A stretch of 64,000 bases of DNA. Source: Candidatus Darwinibacter acetoxidans (GTDB lineage Bacteria; Bacillota; Limnochordia; Darwinibacteriales; Darwinibacteriaceae). The stretch is taken from the NCBI GenBank assembly GCA_041936745.1, contig JBHGWS010000001.1:2951-66950 (forward strand), written 5' to 3'. The position numbers and the translations under genes are program-made. The stretch's first letter is position 1, and every line of letters starts with the position of its first letter. Positions 42,055 to 51,482 of the stretch are shown piece by piece. Under the pieces are notes generated by a model. That model was not told the DNA's origin. It searched no databases and worked only from the letters and a program-made list of their open reading frames with translations.

Positions 42055-44607
42055 TTGTACATGGGTAAAAAGCAGTGGATTATCTGTAAACAAGAAGAAG
42101 GCTTAGTGGAAAAGTTAAGCCGGCAGCTGAAAATAAGGCCTTTGGTTGCCAAAATCTTGCTCAACCGGGGCATTGATACGGTGAAAAAAGGGGCACAATT
42201 TCTCAGCCGGGATTTGGCCGACACCCTCGATCCTTACCTGATGTTGGGGATGGCGGAGGCCGTCCGGCGGCTGAAAAAAGCTTTGGCCGAGAAAGAGCGG
42301 ATCGTGATCTACGGGGATTACGATGCAGACGGGCAAACTGCCACGGCTTTACTTGTCAGTGTGCTGCGCAAATTGGCCAAAGCCCCTGATCTTATCTCTT
42401 ATTATCTGCCGGATCGCTTAGAAGAAGGGTACGGTCTGCACAAGGAGGCGGTCAAGCATTTAGCGAAGCGGGCATCGCTGTTGATTACCGTGGACTGCGG
42501 TATCAGCGCCGTTGAGGAAGTTTTGTATGCGCAAAGCTTGGGCCTGGATACTATCATTACTGATCACCACGAACCGGATCAAAAGCTGCCCGAGGCTTGT
42601 GCCATCCTAAACCCCAAACAGCCGGGCTGCGGCTATCCCCATAAAAACCTGGCCGGTGTCGGTGTGGCATTCAAACTGGCCCAGGCTTTGGGCCTGCCCC
42701 AAGCGGAACTTCTACCCTATTTAGATATAGTGGCTTTGGGGACAGTGGCCGATTTAGTGCCCCTGCGGGACGAAAACAGAATTTGGGTCCACCATGGCTT
42801 GGCCCAGATGGCCGTAACCGAACACATCGGCTTGAAAATGCTTTTGGAAGTTTCCAAGGTGGAAAAACCCACTGCCGGCGATTTAGGCTTTCGCTTGGGC
42901 CCGCGCCTTAACGCGGCAGGCCGCTTAGGTGATTCGGCCCGCGGCGTTGAACTTTTATTGACTAAAGATCCGGCGGCTGCCAAGCGCTATGCTTTAGAAT
43001 TGGATAAAGAAAACAGCCTGCGGCAGGAATTAGAAGAAAAAGTCCTGGAAGAAGCCATCGCCCTGGTTGAAAAAAATGAACTGCAGAAAGAGGCGGCAAT
43101 TGTGGTCTGGGCTGAGGGTTGGCATCCGGGGGTTTGCGGGATCGTCGCTTCCAGGCTTGTCGACCGTTATTACCGGCCTACAGTGGTAATCAGCTTAAAG
43201 ATGGGGGAAGGGCCCGGATCTGCCCGGAGTATCCCCGGCTTTCACCTTTTTCAAGGCCTAACGGCCTGCCAAGATCTTTTGCTGGAGTTCGGCGGCCACG
43301 CCATGGCTGCGGGCTTAAGTATCAAAGAAAGCAATTTAAAGGCCTTTAGGCGGCGTTTCGTAAAGATCTGCGAGGAAAGCTTGGCAGCAGAAGATTTTAT
43401 CCCTAAACTGGCCGTTGATGCGGAAGCGGTGCTCGCCGATATTACGGCAGAATTAATTGAGGAATTATCCCTTTTAGAGCCCCACGGCATTGGCAATCCC
43501 GGCCCAACTTTGGCGGTAACGGCATCTTTAGCCGCCTGCCGCACAATCGGCAGGGACGGCAGTCATCTCCAGCTCGTCCTGCAGGATGCTTCGGCTCGGG
43601 AGGTCGCGGCAGTTGCCTTTGAGTTGGGGGCTGAAAGAGAGAGCCTGACAAAGCAGGCTGAGAGCATTAACTTCGCTTTTGTGCCTAAAATCAACGAATG
43701 GCGGAACCGCCAGACAGTCCAATTACATATTAAGGCTTGGCAGCAGGGGCCAAGAAGGGGTGATTTTATAGAAAAATGGCTGATCGATAAATACCCTTGG
43801 CGGCTTTCGCCGCCTTACCTGATCAGCAGCGCTTTGACCAAGGAAGGCAGAGGTGGTAAACCTGCGGTTACCCCTTCTTACCTGGATCTGCGCGGTACGT
43901 GGGATAAGGTGGCGGCACTGGAGGAGGAAAGAAGCCCAAAAGAGCCTACTTTAATTTTAGTGAACACTCCTTTGGCTGCCCTGCAGCTCTGCCGCCGCTT
44001 GCGGATTCTTGTACCGGGAGGCAGTAATTTTATCGGCTTTCAGCATGAATTGTTGGGAGAAGATGAGCGGCGGGAACTAAAAGAGCTGAGGCCAACTTGG
44101 CTTGTCTCGACAGGTTATGGTGAAAATTTGCAAAAATGGCCCGCCGCCTGGTTTTGGCAGCCACCCCTAAATCAGGGCAACTTTTTTAGCTGGGCCGCCT
44201 TAGTAGACAAGGGCGGCCAGATTGCCTTACTTTACGGCCCCAAAGATCTGCGGGCGGGGCAGGTTCTAATCGGCCAAGTTTACCCTGATAGAAAGGGGCT
44301 GGCCCGCATTTATTCAACGCTGAGGGTTGGGGGCGGGGAAGTTGATCTGAAAGATGCGCAGGATCTTTTGGGAAAAATGGGTTTGGCCGCTGCCCTGCCG
44401 TTTGCCATTGGCGTGTTTTCCGAAATGGGCTTGTGGGAAGTGGCTGACGGCCGGATCACCTACCTGCCGGTACCTGCAAGGAAACTAGACTTGCGCCAAA
44501 CAGTTTTGTATAATAAAGGCAGAAACCAACGTAAACAATCTTTTGACTATCTGAAGCATTGTTTGGAAAGGGGATTTTTCCAAGATGGACTTGAAGGAGA
44601 AAATTAG
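42055..44607 (+). CDS. recJ: Single-stranded-DNA-specific exonuclease RecJ
   Basis: DHH motifs (GDYDADG, DHH) plus DHHA1, with a long C-terminal extension. Confidence 0.85.
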   Translation: MYMGKKQWIICKQEEGLVEKLSRQLKIRPLVAKILLNRGIDTVKKGAQFLSRDLADTLDPYLMLGMAEAVRRLKKALAEKERIVIYGDYDADGQTATALLVSVLRKLAKAPDLISYYLPDRLEEGYGLHKEAVKHLAKRASLLITVDCGISAVEEVLYAQSLGLDTIITDHHEPDQKLPEACAILNPKQPGCGYPHKNLAGVGVAFKLAQALGLPQAELLPYLDIVALGTVADLVPLRDENRIWVHHGLAQMAVTEHIGLKMLLEVSKVEKPTAGDLGFRLGPRLNAAGRLGDSARGVELLLTKDPAAAKRYALELDKENSLRQELEEKVLEEAIALVEKNELQKEAAIVVWAEGWHPGVCGIVASRLVDRYYRPTVVISLKMGEGPGSARSIPGFHLFQGLTACQDLLLEFGGHAMAAGLSIKESNLKAFRRRFVKICEESLAAEDFIPKLAVDAEAVLADITAELIEELSLLEPHGIGNPGPTLAVTASLAACRTIGRDGSHLQLVLQDASAREVAAVAFELGAERESLTKQAESINFAFVPKINEWRNRQTVQLHIKAWQQGPRRGDFIEKWLIDKYPWRLSPPYLISSALTKEGRGGKPAVTPSYLDLRGTWDKVAALEEERSPKEPTLILVNTPLAALQLCRRLRILVPGGSNFIGFQHELLGEDERRELKELRPTWLVSTGYGENLQKWPAAWFWQPPLNQGNFFSWAALVDKGGQIALLYGPKDLRAGQVLIGQVYPDRKGLARIYSTLRVGGGEVDLKDAQDLLGKMGLAAALPFAIGVFSEMGLWEVADGRITYLPVPARKLDLRQTVLYNKGRNQRKQSFDYLKHCLERGFFQDGLEGEN

Positions 44608-45103
44608 GGTTATACCGGATTTCCCTAAACCGGGTGTCAGCTTTAAAGATATCACAACCCTACTGAAAGACGGGGATGCTTTAAAGGAAACGGTGCGCCT
44701 GTTCGCAAAGCATTATCAAAACCGGCGGATCGATATCATTGTCGGTGTGGAATCCCGCGGCTTTATTTTCGGGGCACCCCTGGCTTACGAGATGGGGTTG
44801 GGGTTTGCTTTGATCCGCAAGCCGAACAAACTCCCGGGCGAAGTTTTGGCTGTTGAGTATGACCTGGAATACGGCACTGATAGTTTGGAAATTCATACCG
44901 ATGCTTTTCAGCCCGGCACCCAAGTTTTAATTGTAGATGATCTTTTAGCTACAGGGGGAACGATTTGGGCGGCAACGGAGTTAATCGGCAAGCTGGGCGG
45001 GGAAATCGCCGGCTTAGCGTTTTTGATCGAACTGACCTATCTGCACGGCCGTGAGAGGCTGGCGGATTACGATATTTATTCCCTGGTAAGATACGATGAA
45101 TGA
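44585..45103 (+). CDS. apt: Adenine phosphoribosyltransferase
   Basis: MDLKEKIRVIPDFPKPGV and PRPP motif VLIVDDLLATGGT. Confidence 0.9.
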   Translation: MDLKEKIRVIPDFPKPGVSFKDITTLLKDGDALKETVRLFAKHYQNRRIDIIVGVESRGFIFGAPLAYEMGLGFALIRKPNKLPGEVLAVEYDLEYGTDSLEIHTDAFQPGTQVLIVDDLLATGGTIWAATELIGKLGGEIAGLAFLIELTYLHGRERLADYDIYSLVRYDE

Positions 45104-45120
45104 GTAAGGAGGGACGCGCC

Positions 45121-47256
45121 TTGGATTTGAAAAGTATAACGGATCGGATCATTTCCTATTATCCTGAAGCTAATGTGCGGGTGGTGGAAAAAGCCTACCA
45201 CTTTGCCAGGCGCGCCCACGCCGGACAGTTCCGTGAATCCGGGGCCCTTTATTTTTTGCACCCCTATGAGGTTGCCTTAATTTTGGCCGATTTGGAATTG
45301 GATTTGGAGACAATCGCCGCCGGTTTTCTGCACGATGTTTTAGAAGATACGGAAGTTACCCGCGATGAGCTGAAAGAAGAATTCGGGTCCACGATCCTCA
45401 TGTTGGTGGAAGGCGTTACTAAGCTGGATAAATTACCCTTTCGGGACAGATTTGAACATCAAGCGGAAAACATGCGCAAAATGATTTTTGCCATGGCGGA
45501 AGATGTGCGGGTGATTCTGATTAAATTAGCTGACCGCCTGCATAACATGCGGACTTTAAGGCATATTTCCCCGGAAAAACAGCGCCTTATTTCGCAGGAA
45601 ACCTTAGATATTTTCGCCCCCTTGGCCCACCGCATGGGGATTTGGAAAATAAAGTTTGAGATGGAAGATCTGGCGTTCCGCCATCTCCAGCCCGATGAGT
45701 ATTATAAGTTGGTTTCCGAGATAGATAAAAAACGTCAGGAGCGGGAAGGCGATCTGCAGGAGGTCATGGATATCATCGTTGAGCGTTTGGCGGAGGTGGA
45801 GATGGCCTGTGATATTCAAGGCAGGCCCAAACACCTTTACAGCATCTACCAAAAAATGCAGCGACAGCAGATCGACTTAGATGAAATCTATGATCTGATG
45901 GCAATCCGCATCATCGTCGACACCGTCAGGGAGTGCTATGCAGTTTTAGGGGTAATTCATGCCTTATGGAAACCCATTCCCGGCCGCTTCAAAGACTACA
46001 TTGCCGTGCCTAAATCGAACATGTACCAGTCCCTGCACACGACCGTCATGGGCCCGCACGGGGAACCTTATGAGATCCAAATCAGGACTTGGGAAATGCA
46101 CCGTACCGCAGAAAAAGGGGTCGCGGCGCACTGGATGTACAAAGAGGGGATCAGCGGCAAGCAGGGGGATGAAGCCAGGGTAGAGTGGCTGCGGGAAGCA
46201 GTGGAATGGCTGCAGGAAATGAAAGACCCGCAGGAATTTATGGATACTTTAAAAATTGATCTCTTTGAAGACGAAGTCTTCGTGTTTACTCCCAAAGGTG
46301 ATGTGAAGACACTGCCAAACGGCGCAACTCCCGTTGATTTTGCCTTTGATGTGCATACGGATGTGGGCTTGACCTGTTTAGGCGCCAAAGTTAACGGGCG
46401 CATCGCCCCCATCGACACTGTGCTGAAAAACGGCGATTTCGTAGAAATCTTAACGAGTAATAATGCCAGCCCCACCAGAGACTGGCTGAAGTTCGTCAAG
46501 ACCTCCAAAGCCCGCAGCCGCATCCGTTCTTGGCTGAGGGAGGAGCAGCGGGAGGAAAATTTAAACCGCGGCAGAAACCTTTTGGAGCGGGAAATTAAAA
46601 AGGCTAATTTGGAAGTCAAGCAGGTACTGAAAGAAGAAGAGCTGGCAAAGACGGCGAAAAAATATGGGGTATCGAGCCCCGAAGAGCTGTTGGCAAGTGT
46701 CGGTTCCGGCAGGATCAAAGCGAGTCAAGTTGTGCAGAAACTGACAGGCCAGGAAACTGAGCGCCGCCGGCTGCCGGAAGTAAGAAAACGGCGGCACAGG
46801 GAAACTGCCCGGGGAGTTGAAGTGGAAGGCGTCGATAATTTATTGGTGCGGTTTTCGAAATGCTGCAACCCCGTGCCGGGAGATGAAATCATCGGTTATA
46901 TCACGCGGGGCCGGGGAATTTCCATCCATCGGGCAGACTGCCCCAATGTCGCTCATTTAAGCACGGAGCCGGGCAGGCAGATTGCAGTGAGTTGGAATGC
47001 CAGCGAAGCGGATGCTTACCCGGTGGAAATCGAAATCGAAGCACTGGATCGGCCCAATCTGTTGACCAGCATTATGAATGCGCTTTCCGAAAGCAAGACA
47101 GCCGTTGAAGCAATTACCGCCAGGACCGTGAAAAGCGAATCGGCCAACGTGCAGTTGATTTTAGAGATCCGCGACGTCGAACACCTTACCGATGTGATCA
47201 GCACACTGCGCCAGGTCAACGGTGTTCTTAACGTCTTTAGAGCTAATCCCACGTAA
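45121..47256 (+). CDS. rel: Bifunctional (p)ppGpp synthetase/hydrolase Rel. TTG start preferred; an ATG lies at 45100.
   Basis: HD domain, synthetase domain, TGS and ACT regions. AAGGAGGG sits 7 nt upstream of TTG 45121. Confidence 0.85.
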   Translation: MDLKSITDRIISYYPEANVRVVEKAYHFARRAHAGQFRESGALYFLHPYEVALILADLELDLETIAAGFLHDVLEDTEVTRDELKEEFGSTILMLVEGVTKLDKLPFRDRFEHQAENMRKMIFAMAEDVRVILIKLADRLHNMRTLRHISPEKQRLISQETLDIFAPLAHRMGIWKIKFEMEDLAFRHLQPDEYYKLVSEIDKKRQEREGDLQEVMDIIVERLAEVEMACDIQGRPKHLYSIYQKMQRQQIDLDEIYDLMAIRIIVDTVRECYAVLGVIHALWKPIPGRFKDYIAVPKSNMYQSLHTTVMGPHGEPYEIQIRTWEMHRTAEKGVAAHWMYKEGISGKQGDEARVEWLREAVEWLQEMKDPQEFMDTLKIDLFEDEVFVFTPKGDVKTLPNGATPVDFAFDVHTDVGLTCLGAKVNGRIAPIDTVLKNGDFVEILTSNNASPTRDWLKFVKTSKARSRIRSWLREEQREENLNRGRNLLEREIKKANLEVKQVLKEEELAKTAKKYGVSSPEELLASVGSGRIKASQVVQKLTGQETERRRLPEVRKRRHRETARGVEVEGVDNLLVRFSKCCNPVPGDEIIGYITRGRGISIHRADCPNVAHLSTEPGRQIAVSWNASEADAYPVEIEIEALDRPNLLTSIMNALSESKTAVEAITARTVKSESANVQLILEIRDVEHLTDVISTLRQVNGVLNVFRANPT

Positions 47257-47269
47257 AGGATGATGGTTT

Positions 47270-47719
47270 GTGAGAGCAGTGGTGCAGCGAGTAAAAGAAG
47301 CCAGCGTAAATGTGGCAGGCAGCCGCGTTGCCCAGATTGAACACGGCCTGCTTGTCTTTTTAGGTGTGGGCCAAGAAGATACCGCCGCAGATGCGGACTA
47401 TTTGGCCGACAAAATCGCCCATTTGCGCATTTTCGCCGATGAACAAGGTAAAATGAATTTAAGTGTCAAAGATGTGGAGGGCTCGATTTTGGCTGTCTCC
47501 CAGTTTACCCTCTATGGCGACTGCCGGCGGGGCAGGCGGCCCAGCTTCAGCAGTGCCGCGCCGGCCGGGGCCGCAGAGGCGCTTTATGAAAAATTTTTAG
47601 CCAATCTCAAGGAGCTGGGGGTTAAGACAGCCGCGGGGATTTTCCAGGCCGATATGGCCGTCAAGTTGCTCAACGACGGGCCCGTCACCATCTTATTGGA
47701 TTCACAGGGGGAGTTTTAA
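47270..47719 (+). CDS. dtd: D-aminoacyl-tRNA deacylase
   Basis: MRAVVQRV...SQFTLYGD. Confidence 0.85.
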   Translation: MRAVVQRVKEASVNVAGSRVAQIEHGLLVFLGVGQEDTAADADYLADKIAHLRIFADEQGKMNLSVKDVEGSILAVSQFTLYGDCRRGRRPSFSSAAPAGAAEALYEKFLANLKELGVKTAAGIFQADMAVKLLNDGPVTILLDSQGEF

Positions 47720-48334
47720 ATGAAGATAAAAAGATTTGTGGTAAACCCCCTGGCCGTTAACTGCTACGTTGTCTACCAAGGTCGCCGGGGGATCCTGATT
47801 GATCCGGGGGAAGCGGCCCAGGAAGTTTTGGACTTTATTGACTCCCTTCAATTGGAAATATTGGCAGTTGTGAACACTCATGCCCATGCGGATCATATTG
47901 CGGGCAATGATTGGTTTAGGGAAAAGACCCGGGCCCCTCTTTGGATTCACGAAGCCGAAGAGGGCTTTTTAGGGGATGCCGGCTTGAACCTCAGTTCTTA
48001 CCTCCGGCAGGATCTGTCATTGGCTCCCGCTGATCGCCTCCTGAAAGAAGGGGACCGCATTGTTATAGGTAAGAGCACTTTGGAAGTCCTCCACACACCG
48101 GGCCACAGCCCGGGGAGCATTTCTTTATACGGTGAAGAGGAAGCGGTCTTATTCAGCGGGGATACGCTCTTTAAATCCTCCGTGGGCCGCTGGGATCTGC
48201 CCGGGGGCGATCACGGCGCCCTGCAGAAAAGTGTTTTGCGCTTGGGCCGCCTGCCCCTTGGGACTAAGGTCTATCCGGGCCACGGCGAAGCGACGACTAT
48301 TGCCGAAGAAATTAAAAACAACCCCTTTCTCTAA
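47720..48334 (+). CDS. MBL-fold metallo-hydrolase
   Basis: HAHADH motif. Confidence 0.75.
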   Translation: MKIKRFVVNPLAVNCYVVYQGRRGILIDPGEAAQEVLDFIDSLQLEILAVVNTHAHADHIAGNDWFREKTRAPLWIHEAEEGFLGDAGLNLSSYLRQDLSLAPADRLLKEGDRIVIGKSTLEVLHTPGHSPGSISLYGEEEAVLFSGDTLFKSSVGRWDLPGGDHGALQKSVLRLGRLPLGTKVYPGHGEATTIAEEIKNNPFL

Positions 48335-48342
48335 GGGGGGAG

Positions 48343-49833
48343 GTGGATTTTATCGCCGATTCTTATCATTATGAAAAAGAAAGTTTTAAAATCGTAGCAC
48401 CCAAGAATTTAATCCCAACAATCGAAGCGGCGGTGCGCTCCACTGTGCCCAATGCCCGTTTCGACGGAGGAAAGGAGCTGAAAATCACAACTGACTGGGC
48501 CGCGGGGCTTGTTGTGAAGGCCGTTTTGGGGGATTTCAAACCGCAAGTTTTGGTGGACAAGGAAATCTTAGCGGTAAAATACGATGAAGAGGACAGAAAA
48601 CGGCGCCAAAGAGAGCGGGTGCGGTTGGCTGTGCTGCGGGTTTTGGAAGAGGCCTTTGATCTAGCCCCGGCTCCCTGGGGAATCCTAATGGGGGTACGGC
48701 CTGTAAAGATGGTTCACACACTGATTGATCGCGGCTTTACCGAAGAGGATATTCGAAGGATGCTGTCGTCAGTCTACGGGGTAGAGCCTAAAAAGCGCGA
48801 CCTCCTTTTAGAAGTGGCCCGGCGGCAGAGGGGCTTTTTTAAACTGACACCAAATCAGCCGATCGGCGTTTACATCGGCATCCCGTTTTGCCCAACCCGC
48901 TGCAGTTACTGTTCATTTGCGGCTTACCCCCTGAAAACACACGGCCACTTATTCGAAGGCTTCCTTTGTGCCCTCTATTCGGAGATCACCGGCGTAGGCA
49001 GGCTTTTAGGGGACCTGGGCGTAAAAGTGGAATCAGTCTATTTAGGCGGCGGGACCCCAACTACGGTGCAGGGCAGGCGGCTTGAAAAACTACTCAGTTT
49101 GATCCAGCGGTATTTTATAAGTGCCGAAACTAAAGAATTGACTGTGGAGGCAGGCCGGCCGGAAACTTTAAATCCGGAAACACTGCAGATTTTAAGGGAT
49201 TATCAAGTAGATCGAATTTGTATTAACCCCCAAAGCATGCACGATGAGACGTTAAAGAAAATCGGCCGCAGCCACACCGCGGCGCAAGTCCGCCAAGCCT
49301 ATTGGGCTGCCCGTAAGATAGGCATTCCTTTAATAAACATGGATATTATTTTAGGGCTGCCGCAAGAAACCGCTTCCCATGTAGAACAGACACTGTTAGA
49401 AATCGAAGCGCTTGAGCCGGACAATCTTACAGTGCACGGGCTGGCTTTAAAGCGGGCCTCCCGCCTGAAGCAGCAAAAAGAAACCGTGCATATCAAGCAC
49501 AAAGAAAGCCAACGCATGGCCGAACTTGTTCAAAATTATGCGGCAGAGTGGGGTATGCGGCCTTATTACCTCTACAGGCAGCGCCACATTGCTGGCGGCT
49601 TGGAAAATGTGGGCTATGCCAAACCGGGGCTGGAATCTGTTTATAATATACAGATGATGGAAGAAAGGCAGACAATAATCGCCCTGGGGGCCGGCGGAAT
49701 TAGCAAATTAGTTGCCGCTGACTACAGCTTGAAAAGGCACATAAATCCGAAATGCCCCGCAACCTATGTACAGGAGATAAAGGGCGGCTTGGGGCCTAAA
49801 ATGAGCCGGATTTACCAGCACTTGGCCGTTTGA
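48343..49833 (+). CDS. hemZ: HemN-like radical SAM protein (coproporphyrinogen dehydrogenase HemZ family)
   Basis: About 500 aa with a central radical SAM CPTRCSYC and a long N-terminal extension like B. subtilis HemZ. Confidence 0.7.
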   Translation: MDFIADSYHYEKESFKIVAPKNLIPTIEAAVRSTVPNARFDGGKELKITTDWAAGLVVKAVLGDFKPQVLVDKEILAVKYDEEDRKRRQRERVRLAVLRVLEEAFDLAPAPWGILMGVRPVKMVHTLIDRGFTEEDIRRMLSSVYGVEPKKRDLLLEVARRQRGFFKLTPNQPIGVYIGIPFCPTRCSYCSFAAYPLKTHGHLFEGFLCALYSEITGVGRLLGDLGVKVESVYLGGGTPTTVQGRRLEKLLSLIQRYFISAETKELTVEAGRPETLNPETLQILRDYQVDRICINPQSMHDETLKKIGRSHTAAQVRQAYWAARKIGIPLINMDIILGLPQETASHVEQTLLEIEALEPDNLTVHGLALKRASRLKQQKETVHIKHKESQRMAELVQNYAAEWGMRPYYLYRQRHIAGGLENVGYAKPGLESVYNIQMMEERQTIIALGAGGISKLVAADYSLKRHINPKCPATYVQEIKGGLGPKMSRIYQHLAV

Positions 49834-49899
49834 CACAAGGGTGCATTTCAAGTACAATTATCATGTTGGTCTTTCTATAATGGAAGGGATTGGTAGACA

Positions 49900-51420
49900 A
49901 TGTTTTTCCACAAATTGCGGGACAAAATGAAGGTCGTTGTTATAATTGTGGTTGTAGCAATGGCGGGAGGGCTGCTTTGGGCCGGGGGCGCTTCTCTTTT
50001 CGGCGGCAGGGGCCGGCAGGAGCAGGCCCAGGCAGTGATTGCCACTGTTAACGGCCAAGGCATTTCCTATTATGATTTTCAACAGACTTTTATCAACCGC
50101 CTGCAGCAGATTGAGCAGGAACACGGTGTTTTACCCGGCCGGGCTTATGAGGCGGTTAAATTTGACGCCTTAGAGTCTCTGGTCGGCAGCGTGCTCTTAA
50201 GGCAGGAAATAGTTGAGCGGAAGATCGAGGCTTCCAAAGAGGAAATTGCAGAGGAACTGCAGGAGCTGATCGATCTTTTCCCCAGCGAAGAAGACTACAA
50301 GCGCCAACTGGAGATGGTGGGGCTTAGTGAGGAAGTCTTGAAATCCCGCCTGGCGGAAGACGTTAAGTTTAATAAATTGAAAGAAGAAATCATCGGCCAT
50401 ATTTCCATCAGCGAAGAAGAAATCAAAAAGGCTTACGAACGGGTTGCAGCAAGCCATATTCTAATTACCCCGGAAGAAGAAACAGACGAAGGGTGGGCCG
50501 CGGCAAAAGCCCGCGCCGAGGAAATTTGGGAAAAGGTTACGGTGGAAAACTTTGCTGAGCTGGCCGCAACGTATTCAGAAGACGGCAGCAGTGAGCGGGG
50601 CGGGGATTTAGGTTTTATAGCCAGGGGACAAACTGTCCCGGAGTTTGAAGAAGCCGTTTTTGACTTGGGGATAGGTGAAATATCAAGCCCGGTCCGCTCT
50701 AATTTCGGTTATCATATCATTACCGTTACTGAGAAAGAAGAAGCCAGCGGCGAAGAATTTGAAAAACAGCGCAAGGCAATTGAGCGGGCCTTAAGAGATG
50801 AAAAAGGGCAGGAAGATCTAAATGCCTGGTTTGAAGATCTGAGAGAGGCGGCCAACGTCGTCTTTATCGATCATCAAATGAATGCGGTCAGGGAAGTTCG
50901 GGCGGGCAATTTGGAAGATGCTCTGCATTATTACAAGTTGGCGGTGGAAGAGCAGCCCAACGATGGTTACCTGTATGCCGCTCTCGGTGATGTTTACCGG
51001 GAATTGGGCCGCGCAGAAGAGGCTATTGAACAATACGAACTGGCGGTGGAGACATTCCCCAACGATCACACTATCTTAATGGGGCTCGGTGATCTTTACC
51101 GGGACAGCGATTTGGAAGACAAAGCAGCCGCAGCTTATTTAAAGGCCTCGGAACTTGTGCCGAACGATCTTTTCACCCAGCTGACCCTGCACAATAACTT
51201 GAGTGCTTTAGAGCGTTACGACGACGCTAAAATAGTGGAAAAGCGCATTGTGGAGTTTCAGGAGCGGCAGAGAGAGCTGCTGGGGGAAAAAGAACCGGCC
51301 CCGGAAGAGCCTGCTAAACCGCGGGAAGAAGTTGAAGAGCAGGCAGAGATTGAAGAACTGGAAGAAGTTGAAGAAGTGGTAGAAGCAGAAGCGGCGGAAA
51401 AAACGGAAGTTGAAAATTAA
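49900..51420 (+). CDS. Membrane-anchored SurA-N/PpiC (parvulin) peptidyl-prolyl isomerase fused to TPR repeats and an acidic C-terminal tail
   Basis: TM anchor, PpiC signature (ASHILI...GDLGF...FGYHII), at least three TPR units (ALHYYKLA.., YAALGDVY.., LMGLGDLY..), and an EExE tail. Confidence 0.7.
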   Translation: MFFHKLRDKMKVVVIIVVVAMAGGLLWAGGASLFGGRGRQEQAQAVIATVNGQGISYYDFQQTFINRLQQIEQEHGVLPGRAYEAVKFDALESLVGSVLLRQEIVERKIEASKEEIAEELQELIDLFPSEEDYKRQLEMVGLSEEVLKSRLAEDVKFNKLKEEIIGHISISEEEIKKAYERVAASHILITPEEETDEGWAAAKARAEEIWEKVTVENFAELAATYSEDGSSERGGDLGFIARGQTVPEFEEAVFDLGIGEISSPVRSNFGYHIITVTEKEEASGEEFEKQRKAIERALRDEKGQEDLNAWFEDLREAANVVFIDHQMNAVREVRAGNLEDALHYYKLAVEEQPNDGYLYAALGDVYRELGRAEEAIEQYELAVETFPNDHTILMGLGDLYRDSDLEDKAAAAYLKASELVPNDLFTQLTLHNNLSALERYDDAKIVEKRIVEFQERQRELLGEKEPAPEEPAKPREEVEEQAEIEELEEVEEVVEAEAAEKTEVEN

Positions 51421-51426
51421 ACGGTG

Positions 51427-51458
51427 AAGCGAGTGGTGCGCCACCACTCGCTTTTTTG
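51427..51458 (+). terminator. Strong rho-independent terminator
   Basis: 11-bp stem agcgagtggtg/caccactcgct followed by T6. Confidence 0.7.
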
Positions 51459-51482
51459 AAAAATTGTGGAGGGAGAGCTGGT

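Noticed and set aside
46068-46718. Long antisense ORFs inside conserved genes: 216 aa within rel, 221 aa at 24869-25534 within floA, 212 aa at 62504-63142 within alaS, 186 aa at 9886-10446 within murJ
   Set aside because: They lie opposite strongly conserved, well-supported genes. They have no RBS and show the composition artefacts expected of a GC-rich antisense frame.
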